From Catajapyx aquilonaris (Eukaryota), in the NCBI GenBank assembly GCA_000934665.2, contig KZ538889.1:1-41949 (forward strand): DNA of 41,949 nucleotides, written 5' to 3'. The first letter of the stretch is position 1. Every line of letters begins with the position of its first letter. A program made the position numbers and the translations under genes. Below the pieces are notes generated by a model, which was not told where the DNA came from, did not search any database, and was given only the letters and a program-made list of their open reading frames with translations. Positions 22,980-36,222 of this stretch are shown one piece after another.

Positions 22980-24606
22980 GTGAGTAACACTTTTTGGCGC
23001 GCACATGCTGTTGTGGACACCTTCGAAAAAAAAGCTTGTGTGTTGTTGGGGGTTAAAGAAACGTGATCAGACGGATCTGCATCGAGGGTCAGCTGTGCCC
23101 TCGGGCTGTAGTTTGAGGTTGGAGGTAGGGAATGGTGGTGGTGTTGGGGGGGATGAGAAAGAACCAGCACGGCCGGCTTTGGCCCCTTATGATGCAAATT
23201 GCCCATCGCCTTCCTCACCTCCTTTTTTTTTATCACATGTACAGGGTGGTGCACTGGCCCCGATTACTAACCATGCTGTGAATATGGCAACAAAGCAAAA
23301 ATTGTAATAATGAAGTATATTACATAGAGGGGTTGGCAAGTGATTGATTGCTCGACCTGGGCGAAAATTATAATACCAATAAAATCACCCACTCGTGCGC
23401 AAAATTACGCGCCTGGCATGTTAGATATGCGTTGTTTCCATAGAGGGTGTTGGGGGGTGGATGGTGTTATTTTCTTTATAGGCGGGGTTCGCATCCCGCT
23501 GTGTCAAAATCATACATCACTTGGCGTCATAGAATATTCCACGCTCGTTAATTTTTAGCATTTAAAAAAAAGTGGGGGTTGGGCGGGGGGGGGGAGATTG
23601 AAATTGACAGACGCACTTTTCGGCACAGTGTTTACGAAATTATTTCCCCCGTTTTGGCAGACTTTCAGAAAATGCCACACTCGTTTAATAACGGTCCTGT
23701 TGATGTACTAGTAATTAATTATCGGCTATTACTGGGAGTTTGGGGGTCCGCTAGGTTTGAATAGGACGACTAGGGGATACTATCGATGTGTTTTTTTTTT
23801 GAAAAAAAGGGGGGGGCAGGATTTATGTTAGAAGAGGTGGAAATATCGCACTTTCAGGGGGGTTCCGTTATTTACGACTGTTGTTGTAATGGAACGAATG
23901 ACGCGCCTGGTATGCCACGCGCTTTAAGTTTGGAAAGCCATTAATTCGCTGGGGATATTTTCCACGGAATCCTTTGATTCCCAGGTGTGAGGTCCGGAAA
24001 ATGCAATCAGTGCGGGCAGGTTGTGCCGGACCCACCCACGCTGATTTAGTAGTTGGATGTGCGGATGGGGGGCACACACACACGGTGGTTCACACGTCCG
24101 GTGTGCATGTGTGGAGAATAGGTTTTTTTTCCAGGGAGGGTATGATCATAGGGTGGGGTGTGCTGAGGGCTTTGTGGAGTTTTGGGTAATCCAGGTTGTG
24201 ACAGCTGGAAGGTTCGGTTGATGACTGTGTATCGATACAGGTCTGTGTGTCTGGGAATTGTTTCTCGCCCTGTCAGGCTTGGGACCCTCCGGATTTTTAA
24301 TGCTGAGTTTGAAGTAATCCGGGTTGACCGATACAGGGTGTTTCGTTTGCGAAAATGCCTCCTGTCCAACTGTTGGTCATTTCCCCTGCCGGTGTTTAGT
24401 GTTAACGATTACAATTGCTCGTGATTGCGCGTAATAATCGCCCTCGTACGAATTATGCGCGATTACACGACAATGGGAACACCTGATTACTCGAGTAGAA
24501 AAATCAATTTGTTGGTTTTGTTGAGGGGAGGAGACGAGGCAACTAAAGCCAGTCTGCATGGGGGGAAAGGAGCGGATTTTGGACAGGGAAAATCTGCTCG
24601 AATTAG

Positions 24607-24651
24607 GTAACCAGGAATCGAACCCTGGACCTTAGAAGTGGAACGCTGTAC
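24607..24651 (-). repeat. possible tRNA-derived SINE remnant
   Basis: Minus strand CCAGGGTTCGATTCCTGG is a Pol III B-box/T-arm; no cloverleaf or clear A-box. Confidence 0.3.
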
Positions 24652-27600
24652 TAGACTAATTTTTAAGAGTTTTCAAGAGTGTTGGTCAGCTTTAAAACGT
24701 TGGAATGTGGAATTTTGTTGGACATTGCTGTACCAGGCTTATCTGACTCGGGAGGGGTCGAGGGGGGGGGGGNGGGGGGGGGGGTCGGGAGCATGGAAAC
24801 TAAAGTAAATTTATTGGCTATATCACGATTCAGATAATGCGCGGGGTCCGGTTGCGAGCAGAACGGACCGCCCTGATTTTCTTGATGTAGGGCCTGGTCA
24901 AATAAATTCGGCCAGGTCCACCCCTCCCCCCTGCCCCGAAAAAAAAATGGCAATACCCCCCCTACTCGGTACCAGATTGTGTCATTTACCTAGCTCTCGG
25001 GGTAGTTGAAAATAGGTATTATCCCAGGGCTCCAGTACGGGGAAAGTATATTTTGTTGTACCGATGAGTGGATGGGGTCGGATGCCCAGCAAAAGGCTTT
25101 AAAGCTCACGATCAAATGGAATCGGAAATGCGAACAACACGATTATAACAAAGCACCTGCCAAATTCTGACCAACCCTTAGGATTATAGCGGAAAATGGC
25201 CACCGATCCAGGCATGGCATTTCGCAGACGAATACCTGCTATGTAACGCCCCCCCAGAAATTCTAGCTGTCAACAATGTTTTTTTTCCAGCAGATCAGTC
25301 GTTCGTACACGTTTACATTAATTTACCGGATCGGAAATACAGGGGGCGGCTCCCACCTCTCTGTGCCATGCTAATTAATTAATTAGGACCGGGCCTGCCC
25401 CCTGCCGGAATATCGCTAGATGTTCCGGACCCTATCGGAAAGAGGAGCCATGATGTTTCCCAGCACTCTCCATCTGGCGTTATTATTCTTCTGTTATCGT
25501 TCAAACAGAGCGGAGCGAGGGATGCTCCCCGGAAACTTTGGAAAGGGATGGGGTGGTGTTCCTCTTCTCTCTCTCTCTCTCATCCCATCCTCTTTTCCCC
25601 CCTCCTGCTGGTAGACTTCCCCCCAGGGAGACGCACGAGTGAAACTTTAATGGGCCGGAATTTTTAAGAGCGCTTGCCATCGCCGTCTCTGCCAATGGGA
25701 ACAAATTTGGGCTCATTATCAGATGAATCATCGCGGGAAAGAGTTTCCCAGCTTGGTTCATCAGCTGGCGGCGCTGAATGGCAACGCTGTGCGCGCGCAG
25801 GTTTTCTAAGGGGCCAATGGGGAGCGACCAAGTGGGCGATCGGGATTGGTTCGATGTATAGCCGGGTCGCAGGATGTTCGTGTGGGTTTTCTCAGCGTCT
25901 CCCTATTCATACTGTCATCACGATGTCATCATTAGTGTGAATGAATCAAATCTTGACCAATAATAGTATTTACAATTAAAGAAATGTGATTAAATAAAAA
26001 AATTATAGAAAAGTCGTTTCAATTTTGAATTAGACAACGAGAGGCCGATTTTGGCCGACTCGCAAGTTTACATGGGGGCGTGGCATCGCAAGTTTGCGAA
26101 CCCCCTCTTTGAAAATTGGGTTCTAAATTTATAGCAGGGAATGTACCTTGGGGAATTCCCGTAGTTTTTAATTCCTTTTCTTGACCTTCCCAAAATGAGC
26201 CAAGCCGCATCCAATTGACACAAGCTGCATTTTTGATCGGTTGTTAGCCATGCAATTCGAACCAGTATGCACAGATACTGTTAGCAGTCCGCTTTGGATT
26301 GCCACATGTTTTATGCATCTCGTCCCTGGTCTCATGTCTTACATGTTGCATCGACGGGAAGTCCTTAGTCCGAGAGGACTTTGGATGTACTTTGAAGACG
26401 GAGCGCCCCCCCACGATTATTTATTCCATGAATGAGATAAACTGCTATGGGGTGCGTGTGTGTTTGGTCGGCGTGTGTTGGTATACATTTTTTTTTGAAG
26501 GCCGATCGCCCCCGCTGACCAGCTGGCACATTGATTTACAGTGGGCTTGCAAACACCACCCTACCACCGCCACCGTCCCTTGAAATGCCTGCCGACGACA
26601 CAAAACTCACTTGATCCCCTGCCTCTCATCGTGATTAGAATCGGGTACAACATCATGTGTGGCGTAGTTGGGTTACAAAGCCTTATCAGAATCAATTAGG
26701 GTAAAAGCGCCGCACTTTACACCTTTTGTTGGGCATCGGTTCTCACCTGTTACCCAAACCCCCTGAAAAATACCAGGGCACTTGAACATGGTTAAAAACA
26801 ACCGGACTGATCATAATTAAACGCTTGGGTCTTGTTTGCTGTGTGCATCCATATCACCGCGCGGCAGAGGGCATGATAATGTCACTATTGGTTTCCGATA
26901 ATGTTAATTAACAAGAAGATCCTATCCGGTCATACCCAAGCGATTCGGGGCAACCCCTCTCGATACTAATTGGTTATTGACGATGACGCCCGATAGGCCT
27001 AATGCAATTAATTCCGGCTCTGATTGTATGCAGCATGTGTACAGGGTGTGCCGCAACTACATTTTACGTCAAGGTGTCGTTTAGAAGCGAACTTGATTCT
27101 ATAAGATAAGACGTATTTATGCAGACCACCGGCAATGTGTGCGTGCATTTTTTATTAAATAAAAAAAAAATCCGGACTAGAAAACCTGAATTCTTATCTG
27201 CGCTTGCCATCAGCATGCTACGGATTGGTTATCACAATGTGCAGTACCTGGATGACAGGTCTGTGCCAAACTCCCATCCCCATCGGGGTGGTGCAGGGGT
27301 ATGGCGGGGCTCACAAAAAAAAAGGGGGGGGGGGCCGGATTCGGCAGGTATCATGAACAATTCACGAATTGGGAAGCCCTCCAGCACGCGTGGCTGTACA
27401 GGACCTGAGGGTTGTGTGTCTACAGGGTGGTCCGATTCACCTGGAATGAAAGTGAGAAGACAGGTGACGGCACCTGTCCATTTTAGAGGGGGGTGTCACT
27501 GGCTGGAGGTTGAATTCCGGAGGGTATATCGACAGTGAGCCGAAAATGTATTATGGATGAGTGTCATGCACGTGTATCGACAGTAAATCACAGGGGGTGG

Positions 27601-28562
27601 AAATCAGCGCATTTTACACTTGGTGGTGTCAGGTAAGGCCGTTGAAAATGCGACCAAAGTCTGACATTAATTTTTTTGGAGATGTGGAGGAAAATGACAC
27701 AGGTTTGCTATAAATTGGAAGGCGTGTCGATGTTGTAAGGCCCGCGCTTTTAGAAGTATGAAGCAACAGGGCGGGACAATAAGGCGAAAACCACTTGTTC
27801 TTTAAATTACGGTGGCTGCGTGCCAGCTCTTCCATAAACCTGTGGCCAGCCGAAAGGTTTACAAACAACAGCTGTACGAACGAGAGCAAACAAGTAGTCG
27901 CGGAATAACAATTCCCTCGCAACCTTGCCAGAAACAGCAATAATTAAAAGCTTCAATTGTAAACAATTATGAAATTTAAAATGATATTAAAAGCCATTGT
28001 ACCAACAAAAATATCGGCTCCAATTATTCATAATTACTTATTGTAAAATTTGCTTTAAACAACTGCCCGAAATGAAAATACAGTATTTATTTAATATATT
28101 TATTGGACCCCGTCATATAAACAGAGCCTTTGTTGTGGGCGAAATTAAAATGCAATAATTAATGGAATTACTAATTAAATTGCCAACACTAATTAATTTT
28201 TAAAAATTAAACAGGTGTAACCTCCCCTTATTTTTCTGACTCCCAATGCATTTGACTAAAATTGAGCCCATCCTGGAAACTAGGCCACCCTTGTGCCTCC
28301 CATGTTCACGCGTTGCGACCTCTCTGGGGCAGCCCATGGCCTGACTTTTCCACGCTTGCCAAAAAAATTCGCAAAAATTGGCGGATAAGACCTACTTTTT
28401 CAGGGGAAAACGTAACGTTTTCCCCTGGAAAAGTTATGCCTGGCGGAATATGAAACTGCCAAAAAGGGAAGAAAGATGGATGTGTGTGATCTTTTAAGTG
28501 CGTTTTGAAAGTGGTGGTGGTACAGGGTAAGGTGGGGGTTCGAAATGAGGGGGGGGGGGGGG

Positions 28563-28768
28563 NNNNNNNNNNNNNNNNNNNNNNNNNNNNNNNNNNNNNN
28601 NNNNNNNNNNNNNNNNNNNNNNNNNNNNNNNNNNNNNNNNNNNNNNNNNNNNNNNNNNNNNNNNNNNNNNNNNNNNNNNNNNNNNNNNNNNNNNNNNNNN
28701 NNNNNNNNNNNNNNNNNNNNNNNNNNNNNNNNNNNNNNNNNNNNNNNNNNNNNNNNNNNNNNNNNNNN
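28563..28768. other. assembly gap flanked by poly-G
   Basis: N-run between G tracts; same pattern at 15143-15150 and 24773. Confidence 0.98.
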
Positions 28769-29236
28769 GGGGGGGGGGGGTCGTGGAAAGGCTTTTGTAG
28801 GCCTACCTGTTCGAGAGATCCTGGGATAGGAAGGTTGAAGGGTTCTTGTACAATGCGGGTGGGGTTAATTCAGGAGGACTATAAGTCTGGGGGAGGGATT
28901 AATTTTATTATTATGGGCAAGGGGGACTATTGGACATGGTTATTTGCGGGTTGGGGGATGCGTTTTGGGGGTGCACGTGCGCGGGATTGGGATGGAAACG
29001 ACATGCGATTGCGGTTTGGAGGGCAGTTTGTAAGCAAATGGACGCCAAATGGCACGTGCCAGGTTGATCCAGATCAAACGGTGCATTATTCCTTCTCATA
29101 TGTGGGGGGGATACAGCCTAGGACTCTTCCATCGCATCGGAACCTGATCCTATGTTTATATTAAAACTGCTGTAGCAAGTAGCCCGGGAGTGTTATAGAT
29201 GTAGGGATACACTCATATTATGCTAGATATGCTTAA

Positions 29237-29649
29237 AGGGACACTCCACTCAAAATACAAGTTGGCCCCCAAAAATCGGGCAAAAAATCCTGATTCCGAA
29301 TGTGCAATCGTTTTTTTTTCTACGCCCAACGGTAACACGGAAAATGATATATCTACACACGTCGTCTCGCGTCGTCTGCTAAGAAGGGCGAGACAACAGC
29401 ATCTCGCGGCAAACCGGAGAAGTAGAGAAGGTGCTCAACAAACAACTGCCTTCTCTAGTTCCGCCCGGTTCCACTCTGGTGGGTCGCCACCTGCGCCCAC
29501 CTACCCCGCGCGCGGTTTTCGAACGACACACTTCCAGCTTTCACACTGGTCTTACCGTTCGTCTCTAAGAAAAACTGCTTATACCCTCGGAATCAGGATT
29601 TTTTGCCCGATTTTTAGAACCCAACTTGTATTTTGAGTGGAGTGTCCCT
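29237..29649. mobile_element. 413-bp Kolobok-like non-autonomous DNA transposon
   Basis: TTAA on both sides (29233-36, 29650-53); ~60-bp TIRs beginning AGGGACACTCCACTCAAAATACAAGTTGG. A purine start with TTAA fits Kolobok rather than piggyBac (CCY). Confidence 0.85.
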
Positions 29650-32600
29650 TTAAAATTGGCCCTACGTAGTGATTGAAAGCAATAAACCAAAATTTTATTA
29701 CCTCACCTGAGGTGGCCAATCACGCCTGGATTAGTGAAGTCGACGAATTTCGGATGGGAATTATGCCGTTAAGATGTCTAAAAAGATGACTACGAATATA
29801 GACGGAACTTACAAAATGATGAATGTGGTGACAATTGAGCCGGGCTTAGCCGCCACATTTCGGGGGGCGCTAATTTTGCCCCAAAATGAATCATTTAATG
29901 GCCGAAAATCGCCCGCAATTTATTTTCCCGGCAGTTCCAGGTCCGTTCAAGGGATTGAACCCAGGATTAAAGGTCGCAGGTCGCGGCTTAACCCGCTGGA
30001 ACCACCTGCGTCCACCTATTTTGAGGTTCGGGGACTTTTTCGCAGCCCGGTAGCTCTACGAAAATATAGCTCTCATTTTTTAATGGAAAGCCACAATCGG
30101 CTGGCTATTTTTTTTTTTTTTTTGAAAACGCTTCAGTGTGTTAATTTTGCACTGGGTAGCGCTCAGCAATTAGCAAAAGCATTAGCTTTCCCGCACTCAT
30201 ACAAAAAAATGGTTTCGAAATAGGGAGCTCTATTTTTGTGTGTGTGTTTTTTTTCTTCAAAATTTAGTTGCCTCTGCGCCGAGTTATTTTCCTCCCATTC
30301 TTCAGAGAGAATGGCGAATATGGCTCTCCGACCCCGGGAATTCATTAATGATTATGAAGTTTTGAATGCAAACGTTAACTTCAGAGCGGCGCGGTCATAA
30401 AACATTCTGCTTTATTTCGGAGGCGTGGAATTAGCTAAGTCTAAAAAAAATGGCTGGCGTATCAGTTGCTGCTGGGTCTTTGTCGTTGGGGGTGGAACTG
30501 CCAGTGTGAACCCATCTCTTCCTTTTCAACATCTATATCAAATATTAAAGCTCCTCAGACTGGCAAGGAACGGTCGTTGAATGGCGAAACCGATGCATTA
30601 TGATATGGTCGATATGTTTCAGCTGCGCAACGCTTAGGGGCAGTTGGGATGTACTTTTCCCGAGGAACGTTATCACAAATAACCGCTTCTCCTCGTTTCT
30701 TTCTCCTATTTTTTCTTCTTCCTTATACCCGGGGAGAAGCACCCTGACTCCTCAACTTCCTAACTTTTTTTTTCTCCCCTCCTTATTTTTCTTCATCCTT
30801 CCCATCTACCCCCTACCATCCTGGAGCTTGCAGTCAATAATGGTTTGTAACGGATTGACGTCACGGGTGTGTATATACACCCTTCCCTCCACGAAAAAAA
30901 AAAATCTGAGGCTTATCATATTTTGACAGTCGTTTTTGGGTCCTTTTTCTATCCAAAAAATGAAATATTGGGAGACATTAAGGGATTGTGGTCAATTTAA
31001 TGCCGGTGTGGACTGGATGATTGGGCAATATGTTGGGTTGGCAATAAAGCCCAAGCTTTTTCCATCCTTCAGATTATGTTCGCATGAAGAAGTGTTACGA
31101 GGAGGAATTACCCTCTCGAATTTAGTATAGGACGAAGAAGTGGGGTGGTGGGGAGGGGGAGTATGCAATATACTACATGTGTTTGACTTTTACTGTCCCG
31201 CTACTTTATTTTGGGTGTTTGTTCCATTTTGAGGCACTAAAGGCTTATTGAAGTATTATATCGCTCGGGGGCTGTCAAAGGCAAGTGCCTAAAGTGCACC
31301 TTTATGCATCAGTAGATAAAGTAGTAGCTTGGCTGCAGGACTTTATTGAGCGTCGGTTATATGACTGTGAGGGGCGAGCAGGGAAAAGGGGAGGGTTAGG
31401 GGGGTAGGGAAATGAGATGTACAGGTCTGAGTTGACGGAACGTCATTTCAATGGGAGGGTGTCTTTTTCGTCGGGAGTCCCCGACGTGACAAGCGACGGT
31501 TAATTTGATGCGACCGATATTGGCAATAAGGCTCAGGCCGCCGCCGTCTCTTTTTTGCGAGCAAAATCCTCACCTGCGAGACCCCTTTGGCTATACAACA
31601 AGGGTACAGGCAAAAGGGTCGAAAAAGTGACACCGTTTGAATAGATTTTAATTGCTCTATTCGTTATGTGCAGTTGCTTCAAGTATTTTTGAACTAACCC
31701 AGATATGTCTATAGCTTCCTATATGTAGGACACTGATAGATTTGTTAGTTATTATGTTAGTTCTTCATATGCTTATGAAAAGGAAAATATTTACAAATTA
31801 TACTGTACAAAAAGCTGGGTTAATCAAATTATGATGGGTTACACATATTATTTTGTTACGCATTTTCTGCTCAAATGTATTTTGAATAATTAAATATGTG
31901 CCACTTTTTGTTAAGTAGACGAATAATAAATCCAATAATATTTATTTTATCAAGATTCATTCATTTTATACAGAAGGAAATGACTCTCTAAATAATCCGG
32001 TTTTCATTCAAGATACGCATGGCATGTAATTGATGATCATTGAATATACCAGATGCATGTTTTGAATGTAAATAAATAATTATTTTTCGTGCCAACGAAA
32101 TGTGCGGACAAGCAATAGACAGTGTAAATGACCTCCGATCCCACCGAAAATTATGTGAGAAGTTGGCGCTCCCAATATTATTGGGCAATTATCTTAAAGG
32201 GGGAGCTGCTCCACATCAAAGGAAGGAACAAAAACAACACACAAGGAGTAGGGAGAAAAAAAAAACGAAAGAAGAAGCTGGTGGGAAAGTGCTTTTATAT
32301 GAAGAAAATCAAATAGTGAAGCACGTATCTCAAGTTGATTAGGGCTTTTGGTATACAACATGTTCTCTGGAGGAACAGAATTTTTTTGGGGGGTTCTGTG
32401 CTTTTTGGGGGGGGTTAAGGTGGTGAAGAGCCATCGATTGCAGTAGGTGGGTAGAGATTTCTGCTATCCGAGGGGATAAAAATAGGGAGGATGATAGCAG
32501 GATTTTTGCAGGGTTGAGCGAAGGAAAAGACATTACCTGGAGTGTGGAAAAAAGCGTCGCCAGAAAAGCACCTCGTGGTGCTTGATCTATGACCCAGACA

Positions 32601-35600
32601 TTCGGGTTTTTTTTTTTCTTTTTTCTATCTCTACAAAAAAAAAGGTGGTTGGCAGCAGGACCTATCCTTCGCTCCAAAAAATGCTGTGGGGATTCTGTGT
32701 GCGAAAAAGGTTAGGCGGTGTTGCAGACAGGCCGTCGCCCACGCCATTCACAATTGCACGAGCGGGGTCGAAAGGTTTTCGTGCCGGAAAAATGGTGGGT
32801 GGATCAAAAAAGTAGTAGGAGAAAAAGAAAAAAAAAAACTAAAAATGGGGGGGTTGCCAGGTGTCGACACTATTTTTTCGGAAACCCAGGTTTTTTGAGA
32901 TGCGAGGCACGAACCGGTGCAATTTGGCGCATCCCTTTGAAATTTGCATTAATTATAATATTAATTGCGGGCCGGGGCCGGATGAGTGTAGGGGGCATAT
33001 AAAATATTTAGGCAATAACGTACGAATAGCTGGGGGTATTTAATTTTAAACGCGTAAACAGCGACACGTTTGTACCCTGCTGTCACACGTACGCTGTGTA
33101 CCTGCATTACTAACAAATTACAGCAGGTGAGCCCTTGGGAGTGGGGAAACCGGGCACAGGGTGTGCACCGAAAACTCAATTAGGCTGTCAATTTTCGAAG
33201 TTGCGCCGCCTCTATGTGTTATGCAGGATTTTAGTAGACTTCCGGTGAAGCCTGGAGGTGACCCCCAGCCAGGGAAGGAAAGTCTGGAATAACAATGTCG
33301 TTTCCTCAGTGTCCACCTGACGTGGTGTAGGCTGCTACAAAGGGATGCCGTTAAAGGCTAGGGGTGTAACTCGACACTGTTGCAGAGGTGTCGGTACCAA
33401 GTCGACGATGCCAACTTTTTGGGTCAACGTCACACAAAATTAGTGCTTAGGACTGTCGGAACCGAAATTAATGTTCAACGTCCCTTTGCGACATTTTGGA
33501 TGTCATTTTTGCCACCAATTTCTAAGAATTTTGCTGTGTGAGCAGAGTGGACAACCCCACCTCTCTTGGCTTGGTCCCCTCCATGCCAATTTATGGACTG
33601 TCGTGCTTTCTCCTCCTCCTTTAACCCCACACAAGTCTACCCCCCTAGTTTCATTCATGAAAATAAGCGCTCTCATGTGATTTATCCTACGACGCCCGCA
33701 GCCGCATGCGATCGCCATTTTGTGTGTGTGGGGGGGAACATCCGCAGGGGGTTTCCCACACAGCAATATTTGGCCAAAAGCCCCACAAAAGTCAGACGAT
33801 TGGTAATCCATGACTCAAGGGGGGCCTTAATGGAACCGACCCACAAAAAAAAGCTAGGGGGGGGGGGGGCCTTAGGACTGGGATGGCCCAGCACGCTATG
33901 GAGCCTACCTGNCCTTAGGACTGGGATGGCCCAGCACGCTATGGAGCCTACCTGGTTATTGGCCGGGCCTAGCGTCGCCCACGTGGCCGCCGCCATTTTT
34001 GCATAATCCGTTCCGTGCGTGGGGTCCAAAAAGCCTCTTTCAGGGCTTGCCCAGTATTATTCCGACTCGGGGCGAGGGAAAACCTTACAAAAAAAAATAT
34101 ATTCTGGGGGTTTTGGCCATAGTGTCGTGACTTGGTGCGTGGGCACAACCAGGAAGGCAGCTTAAAATTAGGGCCAGAGGCACGGGGGAATTGTAAAGGC
34201 GTTTCTGCACTGGCCCGTAATGAAAGGGGAGTTTTGCAAGGAAAGGGGGAGGGGGGGGGGCTAAGAAAATAAAACCTATTGTGGTTGGGGTGCGAAATTA
34301 TATCCCCGTCGGCGGGGCTAGAAATAGGCTCCAGGTTGTAATTGAGAATCAGTTTGCGTGGTGTGGGGTTTTTGTATAGTTTTGGAGCCGGACATCGGGT
34401 TTGTTTCATTCATGGATTTCTTTGTGACTTGCTGAGTTGCGTCACGCCTGGACTGCCTGGAACATTATGGTAGCTGGCATTGTACAGGGGGAATTAATTT
34501 ATGCATTGCAATTATGTGCTGTCCCCGCGTGGCCCCCCCCTGCCATGAGAGAGAAAAAGCAAAAGTGGAAATTGCATGCAAGCACGTCACGCTGCAATAA
34601 ACAAGTCTGTTTGGCTTGCTTAATTACCTGACGCCTGATCTAATTTTTAAAGCTCGAATTTGGAGCGATGTGAACTGTTAGAGCGTGATAGTTTTATCTG
34701 TGTATTTTGTTTGATAGGGAAGAACGTGTAATCCTACAATAACTACCAATATTGCATGTAAATAATTGAATAAATATTAATTAGTATTAAATAAATTACT
34801 GATAATACGCAAATGAAAGTGAAATAGTAAATAAAATACAACTTGTAGGAGAAGATAACAAATTATTACGAACACTTATATAACCAACTGACATTGCAAG
34901 TCTCAGCGTCACTTTAAAAAATAAATACTTTTTAGATGTGGATTTAAAAAAACCGTGGCCTGTGAAATCTCTCGACTTGTTTTTACGAAGTGCATACCAT
35001 GTAGTTTAATCTACTTGGAAGCCCGCTTTATAAGGCCATAAAACTTGCGAAATCTGTTAAATGCACAGCCGCCGCATAAAGCTTCATAATCACCCGCGGA
35101 TCAAGATTTGTCCACATTTTACGAAAGAGCTAAGTAGCTGGAACTAACGTCTAATTCCATTAGGACGACACAGTACAACCTCAAAAAACGAGTACATTTT
35201 TTGCACTATAAAAATGGCGGATTATACATCCAATAAAATCCAGTCTCGCATATAATCAGGAGAATTTTTTTTTCTTCTGGTTAGGAGGCAATGCTTGCAG
35301 GCAATTTGCAATAGTGGGTGGGGGCAGCAGCACATCCGTCATTCCTGCGCAGGGCGAAATACCATTCTCCTGAGAGGCATTTATCTCGTCTTCACATTGC
35401 CCCGAGACTATATTCGCTAATGATGGACCCGTTTTTCCCAGGGAACTTTATATATAGAGTAAAGGCCGGGTCCACAATAAAAACTGGCTTGGATAGTCCA
35501 TTTGGCTATTCGCCAGGGGTTTGGGAAGATCAGGCCGCCCTCGGTGAACGAGGGACTTGGAGGACTGGGCTAATGACCCCTGGCACATCGTGTGCACAGC

Positions 35601-36171
35601 TCCTGTGTTATGGGACACCAATCAGACCCGGGTTTCGCCCCCTCCATATATTCAGGAGAGATCGTTTGATCTCCGGCTGTATTTTAGTGGGCGGGAAAAT
35701 GGCGGATGATCTGGTCCCACCGATATGTATAGAGGTGTGTACGCAGCGAAATCCTAATCACAGCGGATGAGTTGAAGCAAGTTTGATGCTTCAAGCAACC
35801 CCCCCTTTTTTGCTAATGACCTTCTTCACATTATGCCTGACAGGTGACCGTACGGAGCCTTGATTTATGGGGTTTTGGGCCCAAAAGATTTCCTCCTTAA
35901 TCATGGTGTGCCTTTGTGGGTCTAATATGAAAACATCTCATTAGGAGTCGGTATGGCATGGTCAAATAATTAACGTCAGCCCAATTAATTTGCTGTGCAT
36001 TAACCCCGCTCAGGAGGTTTGGGGGGTGGAGGGGTGGGTTTTCTAGCTCTAAAACCGGGGAGGTGAAAAATGGCAAGATATTTGAAGGAAATTAGCTCAT
36101 AAAGTGCTTGCGAAATGAAGTGGTCTGCATCCCTGTTGTGTTCTGATATATACTTACGTACAACATTTTGA

Positions 36172-36222
36172 TAACCTAACCTAACCCTAACCCTAACCTA
36201 ACCCTAACCTAACCTAACCTAA
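36172..36222. repeat. interstitial telomere-like tract: 6 CCTAA and 3 CCCTAA units interleaved
   Basis: Read directly from the sequence. Confidence 0.9.

Noticed and set aside
21778..27433. Several TACAGGGTG mariner-like ends (~21778, 23240, 24332, 27040, 27421)
   Set aside because: No matching inverted partner found by eye, so no element can be delimited.
28505..29164. 219-aa ORF
   Set aside because: Spans an N gap; no recognisable homology.
33870..33954. Exact 42-bp tandem duplication
   Set aside because: The copies are separated by a single N next to a poly-G run, typical of an unmerged contig overlap.
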